A stretch of 64,000 nt of DNA from Nitrospirota bacterium (GCA_005877815.1 VBOG01000078.1:13291-77290); one strand, 5' to 3'. Shown: positions 36,558 to 46,043, counted from the stretch's first letter. The notes: generated by a model from the letters alone, not told the origin. Made by a program: numbers and translations.

Positions 36558-37367
36558 CTATTCTATGTAGGCGATGGCCCTGGCCAGCCGGGTGAACCCC
36601 GCGTCCAGGATCAGCCCGACGACGCCAATCACCAAAATGGCGAACATCACGCGAGTCAGCGAAAGATTGTTCCATTCATTCCACACGAAGTACCCGATGC
36701 CGGTGCCCCCCACCAGCATTTCGGCCGCCACGACCGCGACCCAGGCGCTCCCGATGGAAATGCGGAGGCCCGCCACGATAGTCGGTGCGGCCGCCGGCAG
36801 AATGACTTTGAAGAACCTTCCCCACCAGGACAACTGCAACAACGCGGCCACGTTGAGATAATCGCGCTTAATCGCGCTCACCCCGAATGCCGTATTCGCC
36901 AATGTGGGCCAGAGGGTGGACATGAAAATGACGAGAATCATCGCCCCCGTCGCGTCCTTGATGGTGTACAGAAACAGCGGCATCCAGGCCAGCGGCGAGA
37001 TCGGCTTGAGGATCTGAATATACGGATTCGCCGCCTTGAGCAGGATGGGATTCAGTCCCAGGATGACACCCAAGAAAATCGCGACCACCGACGCCAGACT
37101 GTAGCCGATCGCCACGCGACCCAGACTGGAGAGCACTTGAAAGCCGATCCCTTTATCGTTCGGACCGCGGTCGTAGAATGGCTCAGACAGCATTTCCCAC
37201 GTCACCGTGGCCACAGCCGCTGGTCCCGGAAGGCCCTGGGTCCGGCCTCCTCCCGACGGCGTGGAGGCCAATTGCCACACGAACAGGGCGGCGAACAGCA
37301 GGAGCGCCGAGAGCGCCACGGCCCGAAAGGTTTCATTTGGAACAGCCAACGTCATGACATCCTCCAT
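36558..37367 (-). CDS. ABC transporter permease (NrtB/CynB type)
   Basis: 269 aa, 6 TM, with a BPD-transporter loop region. Follows the binding-protein gene. Confidence 0.85.
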   Translation of the reverse strand: MEDVMTLAVPNETFRAVALSALLLFAALFVWQLASTPSGGGRTQGLPGPAAVATVTWEMLSEPFYDRGPNDKGIGFQVLSSLGRVAIGYSLASVVAIFLGVILGLNPILLKAANPYIQILKPISPLAWMPLFLYTIKDATGAMILVIFMSTLWPTLANTAFGVSAIKRDYLNVAALLQLSWWGRFFKVILPAAAPTIVAGLRISIGSAWVAVVAAEMLVGGTGIGYFVWNEWNNLSLTRVMFAILVIGVVGLILDAGFTRLARAIAYIE

Positions 37368-38638
37368 TACGTCCGGCGTATCGCAAAGCTATTCACATAG
37401 TCCTCCGGCCGCTCCGGATCGAACACCTTCCCATCCGCAAACCGATGCGTTTTCATGTTGTCCTTCGGTGCCTTGTGGCCCATCGCCTGCATCACCTCCC
37501 GGCAGCTCGATGTGAGATAAACCTCCTCGGCGATCTTCCGGTAATTCACGTCACCTTTGATGTATCCCCACCGCTTCATCTGCGTCAGGATCCAGATGGC
37601 CATCGAATGCCAGGGATAGGGATCGAAGTCGATTCGATCCGGAACCGTACGCGTGTTGCCGAGACCATCAGGGAAGGTGCCAGTGAGAATCTGCTCCAAC
37701 ACTTCCACCGGTTGGTTGAGATAGTTCTTCGGCGCGATGGCCTTCGCAATGTCCTTCCTGTTCGCTTTATCAGAGGCGTGCTCCGTCGCATCCACGATGG
37801 CCTTCAGCAATGCCTTAAAGCTGTTCGGATTGCCCGTCGCAAACTCCTTCGAACAGGAAAAGGCGCAACATGGGTGTCCGTCCCAGATGTCCTTAGACAG
37901 CAGGTGGATAAAGCCAAACCCTTCGAAGACGGCCCGTTGATTGAAGGGGTCGGGCCCCAAATAGCCGTCCAGATTGTTGGCGCGTAGGTTCGCGACCATT
38001 TCGGGCGGCGGCAGCACGCGAATCTGTACATCCTTGTCTGGATCCACTCCGCCCTCCGCGAGATAGTAGCGGAGCAGAAAGTTATGCATGGAATAGTCGA
38101 ACGGCACGGCAAATTTGAATCCCTTCATGTCCTTGGGCGCCTTCACCCCTTTGTGCTTGAGATGAAGCGTGATGGCCTGCCCGTTGATGTTCTCGATGGC
38201 CGGCATGAGAAACGGCGCCGATTGCGACCCCACCCCCATGGTGATTGCCAGCGGCATCGGCGTCAGCATGTGCGTCGCGTCCGTCTGCTTATTCAGGGCA
38301 AAGTCACGGATCATGGCCCATCCCGAGGCCTTGAGGACTTCCACGTTCAGCCCGTATTTCTTATAAAATCCTAACGGCTCGGCCATGATCAACGGCGTCG
38401 CGCAGGTGATCGGAATGAATCCAACCTTGAGGTCGGCCTTCTCCGGCTTCCCAGGAGCATCCGCCGCCCATGCCTGGAGATCGTTCAGCGGCAAGATGTC
38501 CTTGATGATCGCGAGGGCGGCGGCCGCCCCTACCAGCTTGAAGAATTCCCGGCGGCTTCGTCCCTGACCTTCGAAAAGGCCGTATAGCACGGCGCCCTCA
38601 ACCAGTTCGGCCATTCGCTCGTTCGGTTCCGTATCCAT
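37367..38638 (-). CDS. periplasmic substrate-binding protein (NrtA/CynA type) with twin-arginine signal
   Basis: ...GRSRREFFKLVGAAAALAI... Tat motif, NMT1/NrtA-like body. ATG 38638 follows AAGGAGG. Cyanate versus nitrate/nitrite specificity is not resolvable here. Confidence 0.8.
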   Translation of the reverse strand: MDTEPNERMAELVEGAVLYGLFEGQGRSRREFFKLVGAAAALAIIKDILPLNDLQAWAADAPGKPEKADLKVGFIPITCATPLIMAEPLGFYKKYGLNVEVLKASGWAMIRDFALNKQTDATHMLTPMPLAITMGVGSQSAPFLMPAIENINGQAITLHLKHKGVKAPKDMKGFKFAVPFDYSMHNFLLRYYLAEGGVDPDKDVQIRVLPPPEMVANLRANNLDGYLGPDPFNQRAVFEGFGFIHLLSKDIWDGHPCCAFSCSKEFATGNPNSFKALLKAIVDATEHASDKANRKDIAKAIAPKNYLNQPVEVLEQILTGTFPDGLGNTRTVPDRIDFDPYPWHSMAIWILTQMKRWGYIKGDVNYRKIAEEVYLTSSCREVMQAMGHKAPKDNMKTHRFADGKVFDPERPEDYVNSFAIRRT

Positions 38639-38654
38639 GTGACCCTCCTTGAGC

Positions 38655-38690
38655 AATAAAAAGGCGCCAGCATGCCTGTATGCTGGCGCC
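38655..38690 (-). terminator. intrinsic-terminator-type hairpin placed just 5' of the cyn/nrt binding-protein SD (5 nt from U-tract to GGAGG, 16 nt to ATG; candidate attenuator)
   Basis: Minus-strand RNA: GGCGCCAGCAU-ACAGGC-AUGCUGGCGCC-UUUUUAUU. An 11-bp perfect stem with a hexaloop (A at position 1, G at position 4). About 110 nt after the glnA stop. Confidence 0.65.
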
Positions 38691-38746
38691 CTTGCCAGGG
38701 CCGCCCCTTTCTCCACCACCATGTGGCCAAGAGGCGTGTGATGACT

Positions 38747-38785
38747 GGGACGACGACCGGATCGTCATTGGTCCGGTGCCATCCC
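38747..38785 (-). ncRNA. long imperfect hairpin in the glnA-cyn/nrt spacer with apical AAUGAC loop
   Basis: Minus-strand GGGAUGGCACCGGA...UCCGGUCGUCGUCCC (about 14 bp, one bulge). The apex can close as C-G around the hexaloop AAUGAC (A1/G4). Folded by eye only. Confidence 0.3.
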
Positions 38786-38799
38786 GACTTTTCTAGAGA

Positions 38800-40209
38800 C
38801 TACACGTCATAGTAGAGGAAGAATTCATAGGGGTGCGGACGAAGCCGCATTGGATCCACCTCTTTCGTCCTCTTGTAGCTAATCCAAATATCCACGACGT
38901 CCTGCGTAAAAACATTTCCCTTTAACAGAAAGGCATGGTCCTTTTCCAGGTTCCGCAGCGACTCCTCCAAGCTTCCCGGCATGGTCTTGAGCTTGGCCGC
39001 CTCGTGCGGCTCGAGATCATAGAGATCTTTTTCCATGGCATGGCCCGGATCAATCTTGTTTTCGATGCCGTCCAATCCTGCCATCAGCATGGCGGCAAAC
39101 GCATAGTAGGGATTGGTGGCTGGGTCGGGGAAACGGACCTCGATCCGCTTCGCCTTCGGATTCGGCACATACATCGGGATGCGGATCCCGGCGCTCCGAT
39201 TCCGGCTGGAATAGGCGAGATTCACGGGCGCCTCGAACCCCGGCGTCAGACGCTTGTACGAGTTCGTGGTGGGATTCGTAATGGCCGCCAGGGCGGGCGC
39301 ATGTTTTAAGATGCCACCGATGTACCACAGGCACAACTGGGAAACGCCGGCGTACTCCTTGCCGGCAAAGAGCGGCTTCCCATCCTTCCAGATGCTCTGG
39401 TGTGTATGCATGCCGGACCCATTGTCACCGAACAGCGGCTTGGGCATGAACGTGACAGTCTTGCCGTGTCGCCGGGCTACATTTTTAATGACGTACTTAT
39501 ACATCATCATCTTGTCGGCCATGGTCGTCAGCGTGTCATACCGAAGGTCGATCTCCGCTTGCCCTGCCGTCGCGACCTCATGATGGTGTTTCTCGATCAT
39601 GATACCCATCTTTTGCATCTCATCGACCATCTCACTGCGAATGTCCTGCTGGGTATCAATGGGTGGAACAGGGAAATAGCCTTCCTTATGGCGCGGTTTG
39701 TTGCCGAGGTTGAAGCCCTCTTTGCCGGAATTCCAGATGCCTTCGTCCGAATCGATGAAGTAGTAGCCGCTGTTGCTCGTCTGATCGTAGCGCGCGTTAT
39801 CAAAAATAAAGAACTCGGCTTCCGGTCCCCAGTACGACACATCGCCGATCCGCGTAGACTTCAGATACTTTTCCGCCTTTTGCGCCACGAATCGGGGATC
39901 CCGGCTGTAATTTTCGCGCGTGATGGGATCGACGACGTTACAGATCATGCTGAGCGTCGGCATGCTCGTAAAGGGATCCATTACGGCAGTCTTCGTGTCC
40001 GGCACGATCATCATGTCGCTGTTGTTGATCGCCTGCCACCCACGAATCGATGAGCCGTCGAATCCCGAACCGTCGGTGAAGACCGAATCCGTCAATTCTT
40101 CGATCGGGATCGTGAAGTGCTGCCACGTTCCCGGAAAATCGACGAACTTCAAATCCACCATGATGGCCTTGTGTTTTTTTGCCAGCTCCAGCACTTCCTT
40201 CGCAGTCAT
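38800..40209 (-). CDS. glnA: glutamine synthetase type I
   Basis: 469 aa. ...FDGSSIRGW..., ...[16 protein letters not shown]..., adenylylation-loop ...[10 protein letters not shown]... with the Tyr retained. Confidence 0.95.
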   Translation of the reverse strand: MTAKEVLELAKKHKAIMVDLKFVDFPGTWQHFTIPIEELTDSVFTDGSGFDGSSIRGWQAINNSDMMIVPDTKTAVMDPFTSMPTLSMICNVVDPITRENYSRDPRFVAQKAEKYLKSTRIGDVSYWGPEAEFFIFDNARYDQTSNSGYYFIDSDEGIWNSGKEGFNLGNKPRHKEGYFPVPPIDTQQDIRSEMVDEMQKMGIMIEKHHHEVATAGQAEIDLRYDTLTTMADKMMMYKYVIKNVARRHGKTVTFMPKPLFGDNGSGMHTHQSIWKDGKPLFAGKEYAGVSQLCLWYIGGILKHAPALAAITNPTTNSYKRLTPGFEAPVNLAYSSRNRSAGIRIPMYVPNPKAKRIEVRFPDPATNPYYAFAAMLMAGLDGIENKIDPGHAMEKDLYDLEPHEAAKLKTMPGSLEESLRNLEKDHAFLLKGNVFTQDVVDIWISYKRTKEVDPMRLRPHPYEFFLYYDV

Positions 40210-40248
40210 ACCGCCCTCCCTCCGTACATAAAATAAGCCTCTGTTCTC

Positions 40249-42927
40249 TCATGGCAACGAGGTTCGTTGCACGACCGGACGCCCCGCCCGATCTCCTCCG
40301 AAGAATTGTTCGATTCGCGTCGTGATCTCGGCGCTGATGGCGTCGCAGCGGTCCTGCGCCTCAACTTTCTCGCCGCCCTCATCCGTCACATAAAAGACAT
40401 CCGCCACCTGGTCGAGTTTCGTGGCGATCCTTGCGGCATGCACCGAAAGACCGAGATCAAAAATGGTTTTTGTCAGTACGTACAGCAGCCCCTGCCGGTC
40501 GTCGGCAAAGACGTCGATGATGGTATACCGATCCGACGTCTCATTGTCCACCTGCACGACCGTGGGTTCTCGAAGGGGGACACCCTGTCGGCCGGCGCCG
40601 AAACGCGTTGCCTCCCGGAGCAGTTTTTCCACGTCCATGCGACCTTCCAGGACCGCAATGATGCTCTCGCGTATGTCGCCGGTGCGCCGCGTCTCCGGGC
40701 CTTCCGGGTAGTCCGGATCGAGCACATGGAAAACGTCCACCACCACGCCGTCAGCCAGCGTCATGATCTGTGCATCGAGAATCTGTACGCCCCTTGATGC
40801 CAACACACCCGCAATCTTTGAAAAGATGCCAGGCGTCAGGCTGTCGCGAGTGTAGACGGTATATTCCGTCGCGTTGATTCCAGGATGGTGCTCGGCATCC
40901 ACCAGCACGGTGGCGTCATTGAGCCTCCATAACCATTCCAAATGGGATGCGATCCGCTCCACGGTCAGGACGGAGAAAGCCCGATCCGGCCACGCTTCAA
41001 GCTGGCGGGTCAACCATTGCACCGGCAGGCGATCCTCCAACCGCTGGAGCACAGCTTTCCGGACTTCCATCTTTCGAAGCCGATCCTGCTCCGTCGCCTC
41101 GCGTCCCTCTTCCCTGGCCAACTCAGCGAGCGTCTTGAGATACAGCTCGCTCAACAGCGTCTCCTTCCACTTGGTGAAGACGTCCGGGCCAACGGCGGAG
41201 ATGTCGGCGGCCGTCAACACGTACAACTTCTTCAATGCCTCGGCCGTGCCGACCTCACGGGCAAACCGCAGCACGACCTTGTCGTCGGATGCGTCCCGCC
41301 GAAATGCCGTATTTGACATGAGCAGGTGATGGCGGACCAGGAAGGCCAGCAGTCGGGTCTCATGTTCTCCCAAGCCGAGACGCGCGGCGGTCTCCCGTGC
41401 GATCCGTTCTCCGACCACACTGTGATCTTCACCCTGTCCCTTTCCCAGATCGTGGAGCAGCACGGCGAGGTACAGCACTTCTTTGTGTTTGATTTCCTGA
41501 TAGGCCTGACCGAGCATGCCAGGCGCCACGCCCAGTGTTTCGGCTTGGCCTAGCGCAAGCAGACTGTGATGGTCCACGGTGTACTTGTGATAGGCATTGA
41601 ACTGCATGAGGCCACGAACCGGTCCGAAGGCAGGGATCATGCGTTCCAGGAGGCGCACGCGATGCATGCAGGCGAGGCTGTCGGCGGCGGGCGCTGTCCC
41701 GTCGAGCATGGAAAGAAATGTACGGCATGCGTCCGCACTGCGAAATGCCGCATCGGGGACCGTCCCCAGCCGCTCGGAAAGATCCTGCAGCAATTCGTCG
41801 GCGATCGCGAGGCCATAAATCTGACCAAGTTGAAAAAGCCGTAGCACTCGGGCATCGTCCTCCAGGAATTGCTTCCGCAGAGAGACCGGTACGGTGATCT
41901 CATCCCGCGTGATCGCAAAATACGTTTCGATCTGACGGGCCGGCAGCCAAGCCGAAAGCCGCTGCCAGAACGACTTGACCATGGCCCGTGAGACGAATTG
42001 CCCCGTCACGTCGGCCACATGCGCTGAATGCCGATAGTACTGCTGCATGAACTGCTCGACCGACAACAGGTGCGGCGCGTTCTGAAAGCCCCAGGCAGCC
42101 GCGATCCTGATCTGTTCATCGAAGGTGAGGATGTCCTGGGCACGCCCGGCATGAAAATGCAGTTCATTGCGGATGCGCCAGAGGAAATCCTGGGCGGCCT
42201 TGATCGACACGGCATCACCGGTGGCCAGGACGCCCCGTTCAGCCAGCGCTTCAAAAGAGGGCGTACCGTAGCGGGCCAGTGCCACCCACTTCAGCAAATG
42301 TAGGTCTCTCAGGCCTCCCCGACTCTTCTTCAGGTTGGGCTCGAGCAGGAAGGTCGTCGCCCCGAAACGCCCATATTCACGCCGGCGCTCTTCAAGCTTT
42401 TGCAGGATGAATTCCTGTATCGCATTCCCTGTCACCTGTTCCCGGAAGGTCAGACTGAACTGCTGAAACAGGGTCGCATCCCCGGCAATAGATCGGGCTT
42501 CCATGAGCGACGTTCGGATGATCAGTTCGGCCCGCCCCATCGCCAAGCAGTCCCCGATGGTCCGTAAGCTATGGCCGACTTGAAAGCCTAAATCCCACAG
42601 GGCGTGCAAGACCTTCGTGGAGACAGAGCGGGCGAACTCTTCCCGGTCAGGACCATACAGAAACATGAGATCGATATCTGAATATGGCGACAGCTCCCGA
42701 CGACCATAGCCGCCCAGGGCGACAAGACAGACACCTTCCGGCGCGACGCCTCCAACGGCCTCACGGAATACCTCCATGAGAATGTCATCCGTCAGCGCCG
42801 TCAAGGCCCGCACGATATCCGTGCCGCCGCTTCCCTGACGGTGCGCCGCTGCAATGGCGGAACGCCGGGATTCGAGCCTCTCCCGTGTCCACACTTCCGG
42901 CGCGCCGATTTTCAGCGCTTCTCCCAT
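40249..42927 (-). CDS. glnD: [protein-PII] uridylyltransferase/uridylyl-removing enzyme
   Basis: 892 aa. NTase (...ALGGYGRRELSPYSDIDLMFL...), HD domain (...LHDLGKG...), two C-terminal ACT domains. Confidence 0.9.
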   Translation of the reverse strand: MGEALKIGAPEVWTRERLESRRSAIAAAHRQGSGGTDIVRALTALTDDILMEVFREAVGGVAPEGVCLVALGGYGRRELSPYSDIDLMFLYGPDREEFARSVSTKVLHALWDLGFQVGHSLRTIGDCLAMGRAELIIRTSLMEARSIAGDATLFQQFSLTFREQVTGNAIQEFILQKLEERRREYGRFGATTFLLEPNLKKSRGGLRDLHLLKWVALARYGTPSFEALAERGVLATGDAVSIKAAQDFLWRIRNELHFHAGRAQDILTFDEQIRIAAAWGFQNAPHLLSVEQFMQQYYRHSAHVADVTGQFVSRAMVKSFWQRLSAWLPARQIETYFAITRDEITVPVSLRKQFLEDDARVLRLFQLGQIYGLAIADELLQDLSERLGTVPDAAFRSADACRTFLSMLDGTAPAADSLACMHRVRLLERMIPAFGPVRGLMQFNAYHKYTVDHHSLLALGQAETLGVAPGMLGQAYQEIKHKEVLYLAVLLHDLGKGQGEDHSVVGERIARETAARLGLGEHETRLLAFLVRHHLLMSNTAFRRDASDDKVVLRFAREVGTAEALKKLYVLTAADISAVGPDVFTKWKETLLSELYLKTLAELAREEGREATEQDRLRKMEVRKAVLQRLEDRLPVQWLTRQLEAWPDRAFSVLTVERIASHLEWLWRLNDATVLVDAEHHPGINATEYTVYTRDSLTPGIFSKIAGVLASRGVQILDAQIMTLADGVVVDVFHVLDPDYPEGPETRRTGDIRESIIAVLEGRMDVEKLLREATRFGAGRQGVPLREPTVVQVDNETSDRYTIIDVFADDRQGLLYVLTKTIFDLGLSVHAARIATKLDQVADVFYVTDEGGEKVEAQDRCDAISAEITTRIEQFFGGDRAGRPVVQRTSLP

Positions 42928-42929
42928 GG

Positions 42930-43298
<369 letters not shown>

Positions 43299-43336
43299 CT
43301 AGTCAATGATCTTCTAGAAGGACGAGCGCTCCGACC

Positions 43337-43373
43337 AAAAAACGGCTGTGCCGACGACAGTGGTCGCCGGCAC
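43337..43373 (-). terminator. weak terminator-like hairpin between amt and the P-II gene
   Basis: Minus strand GUGCCG...CGGCAC, then agccg, then UUUUUU. The imperfect stem and the 5-nt gap before the U-run keep confidence low. Confidence 0.3.
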
Positions 43374-43517
43374 GCGATGATGCTCGCAAAACAGCGCCTT
43401 CGCCCATGGGACGAATGGGCTGGTTGCGAGACTCCCGAGGATACTCCGAGTGTCGGAAAAAATCATCATAGCCGAAGCGTCCTGTCCAGACAACCACCAT
43501 CTCACACGCGCCGCTTC

Positions 43518-45023
43518 TCACGATTCCTGGGCGCGTACCCGGATAGGGAATGCTGCAGTCTGCGGCTGCTGCTCAGGATAGCCGAAGATTCCGTGTTCGC
43601 TCATATCCAACCCCTCAAGTTCCTCCTCGGGACTGACCCGAAGCCCGATCGTCACCTTGATGATATAGAAGACCAGCAGGGACGCCACAAAGACAAAGGC
43701 GAACGAGGCCAGCACTCCGCCCAACTGCACCAGGAGCTGGTGAAATCCTCCCCCATAGAGCAATCCGGGCTGTCCGACCACCAGCAACTTGACCCGCTCC
43801 GGCGTGGCAAACAACCCATTCGCCAGCGTACCCCAAATTCCCGCCATCCCATGGACCGAGATGGCACCAACCGGATCGTCAATACTCCAGCGGTCCACCG
43901 CCAGCACACCTAGGACGGCAATGGTCCCCGCGACTGCTCCGATGACAACGGCCGCGCCGGGATCGACAAAGGCGCACGAAGCGGTGATGGCAACAAGCGC
44001 CGCCAGCGCACCGTTCGCCGCCATGGTCATATCGGGATTGCCGATCACGATCCATGCCACGAACAACCCGGCCAGGACTCCTGAGGCTGCGGCTAGGTTC
44101 GTGGTCAACGCCACATATGCGAAGTAACCGGGTTCTGGGTTCATGGCAGAAAGGGTGCTGCCCGGATTAAACCCGAACCAGCCGAACCAGAGAATGATCG
44201 TCCCGAATATCACCATGGGAATGTTGTGGCCAAGAATTGCCGTCGGCTTGCCGTCTTTCGTGAACTTCCCGATCCGCGGACCGAGTAAGATGGTGCCTGC
44301 GAGCGCGGCCGAGGCGCCTTGAAGATGCACGACGGTCGAACCGGCAAAATCTTGCATGCCTATTCCCGCCAGCCAGCCTCCTCCCCAGATCCAATGCCCG
44401 ACCACCGGATAGATTGCCGCCGAGAAGATCGTTCCAAACAGAAGGTAAACGATCAGCTTGGTGCGCTCAGCCATCCCGCCCCACACAATGGCCAATGAGA
44501 CGGCGCAAAAGACGACTTGAAACATGTACTTCGCGCCGAGCGACACGCTGCTATAGGACAGCGAGGCAAAGACCTCATTAATCTTGTCCCCCGCCACATC
44601 CAGAAACCATCCGCTCGTGCCGACAATAGCATTGCCTGCACCAAAGCAGACCGCAAAACCGACAGCCCAAAATGTGATGGAGGCGATCGCGAATACGAGA
44701 AGATTCTTCATCGCGGTGTGCCCCGCATTCTTTGCCCGTGAGAATCCACATTCGAGCATCGAAAAGCCCGCCTGCATGAACATCACCAGGACTGCCGCAA
44801 CGAGCACCCAGACGGTATCGAGCGAGATGTCCTGCTTCGTCGGCGGAGCGTTGGGAACCGCTTCAGGTGATGATACAGCCGCGCCAGGTTCAGCGGCTTG
44901 GGCCAACAGCGCGGGAACTGGGGCGAAGACTTCAGAGATTGCTTGTGCGAATACCGGTCCGCTCATGATACCCACACACGCGATTACCAACACACTGTGC
45001 AATACAGTTGGTCGTGATGTCAT
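43518..45023 (-). CDS. amt: ammonium transporter (Amt family)
   Basis: 501 aa from ATG 45023 (AGGAGAG upstream). Signal-like N-terminus, ...DFAGSTVVHLQGA..., ...HGMAGIWGTLA... Amt signatures. The track start at 45122 would overlap the upstream gene. Confidence 0.9.
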   Translation of the reverse strand: MTSRPTVLHSVLVIACVGIMSGPVFAQAISEVFAPVPALLAQAAEPGAAVSSPEAVPNAPPTKQDISLDTVWVLVAAVLVMFMQAGFSMLECGFSRAKNAGHTAMKNLLVFAIASITFWAVGFAVCFGAGNAIVGTSGWFLDVAGDKINEVFASLSYSSVSLGAKYMFQVVFCAVSLAIVWGGMAERTKLIVYLLFGTIFSAAIYPVVGHWIWGGGWLAGIGMQDFAGSTVVHLQGASAALAGTILLGPRIGKFTKDGKPTAILGHNIPMVIFGTIILWFGWFGFNPGSTLSAMNPEPGYFAYVALTTNLAAASGVLAGLFVAWIVIGNPDMTMAANGALAALVAITASCAFVDPGAAVVIGAVAGTIAVLGVLAVDRWSIDDPVGAISVHGMAGIWGTLANGLFATPERVKLLVVGQPGLLYGGGFHQLLVQLGGVLASFAFVFVASLLVFYIIKVTIGLRVSPEEELEGLDMSEHGIFGYPEQQPQTAAFPIRVRAQES

Positions 45024-45069
45024 AGCGCCACTCTCCTTTTGCGAACGGCACCTCCGTTGCTTCCAAACA

Positions 45070-45936
45070 TCAATAATTGATGTCGAGTTGCACGGTCCAC
45101 TTCCACTGGCCATTGATGACATGGTCGTTGAACCAGACTGGACCGGTCAGGAGACTGATGTCTTTGGTAAAGTAGTGATACATTCCGAAGCCACCGCCCC
45201 CGATGAAGTTTTTCCCGCTGGCGTAGTCCGCGGCAAACACCCACTTGTTGTACTCGTTGCCTTCCTTATCTTTGACTTTCCAGAACCCATAGTCGTATCC
45301 GACCATGCCGCCGGCATTATCCAATTCGCCGCTGGCCCCGGCTATGCAAGCCAGTGCGGGATTTCTCGGGTTGGGTTTGCATCCTCCCTGCCGCATCAGG
45401 ACTGAATCAGGATTACCGTAATACCCGCCACCATGGATTCTGCCGAAGGAGCCGAGTGTTTTACCGACAATAATATCGATAATGTCCATGTTAGTGACTT
45501 CGCTTTTCGTCCCGACGTTAAAAATGCCCACATTGATGGCCGGGAACCAGGTACCGAACGCGCCCTCGGGCGTGCCGATTTTAGCGTTGAAGAGTAACGA
45601 ATTGCCGATCGACCGCATGACGGGACTGATGCGCGTGCCTGGAAACAATCCATCAATCCCGACTTCCATCTGGAGTTTTTCAAAGGGCAGCACGCCGACT
45701 GTCAGACCCACATCCGTGGGGAATGAATCGAATTGGCCGTTCGCCAACTCTTCCTGCGTTCTCGAAAGCCGAAAGTAATTGTCCACCCCGATGTGCCACA
45801 CATTAAACGGTTGCACGTCTGATGTGGCCGGGGTCCAGTACGTCGTCGAGGGAGTGGCATAGGCCATGCTTGCCATGCACACTCCCGACAACGTCGTCAC
45901 CATCGCGGTCTTCAGAATTCGCGTCATCATCTTCAT
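45070..45936 (-). CDS. putative outer-membrane beta-barrel protein (family not recognised)
   Basis: 288 aa from ATG 45936 (GGAGG upstream). Signal peptide ...CMASMAYA. Gly/Tyr/Asn-rich alternating segments and a C-terminal ...WKWTVQLDINY aromatic end typical of OMPs. First gene of the amt string. Confidence 0.5.
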   Translation of the reverse strand: MKMMTRILKTAMVTTLSGVCMASMAYATPSTTYWTPATSDVQPFNVWHIGVDNYFRLSRTQEELANGQFDSFPTDVGLTVGVLPFEKLQMEVGIDGLFPGTRISPVMRSIGNSLLFNAKIGTPEGAFGTWFPAINVGIFNVGTKSEVTNMDIIDIIVGKTLGSFGRIHGGGYYGNPDSVLMRQGGCKPNPRNPALACIAGASGELDNAGGMVGYDYGFWKVKDKEGNEYNKWVFAADYASGKNFIGGGGFGMYHYFTKDISLLTGPVWFNDHVINGQWKWTVQLDINY

Positions 45937-45995
45937 ACTGTCGCCTCCGTCGTGCTCATGCAGAAGGTTGTCGTGCGGTCGCTTTCGCTGCAATC

Positions 45996-46043
45996 CGCGA
46001 CATCGTTGTCACGCGTCAGAAGCCGTTCGGCATTGAATCGGCT
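45996..46043 (-). ncRNA. tandem hexaloop hairpins matching the ANTAR RNA-target architecture
   Basis: Minus-strand RNA. P1 (46043..46021): AGCCGAUUC-AAUGCC-GAACGGCU (8 bp, one bulged A). Linker UCUGACG. P2 (46013..45996): CGUGAC-AACGAU-GUCGCG (6 bp, including a G.U that would be a C.A mismatch on the other strand). Both loops have A1 and G4. Confidence 0.45.

Noticed and set aside
35692-36570. 292-aa plus-strand ORF antisense to the ABC ATPase gene
   Set aside because: The minus strand has Walker A, signature and Walker B motifs in order. The plus-strand product has no motifs and is Arg/His-rich.
38776-38781. TGGCAC on the minus strand in the glnA-cyn/nrt spacer, as a possible sigma-54 -24 element
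   Set aside because: The required TTGC -12 element at the correct spacing is absent (CAAT instead). The hexamer is part of the long hairpin stem. The AGCAC/TGCAT-N4-TTGC look-alikes at 1644..1665 and 57071..57090 also lack the GG and have spacing one nt too short.
45024-45069. Hairpin GCAACGG-aggug-CCGUU(C)GC between the OMP gene and amt, as an ANTAR or terminator element
   Set aside because: It has a 5-nt loop and no U-tract. It is likely just mRNA structure near the amt SD, and too weak to call.
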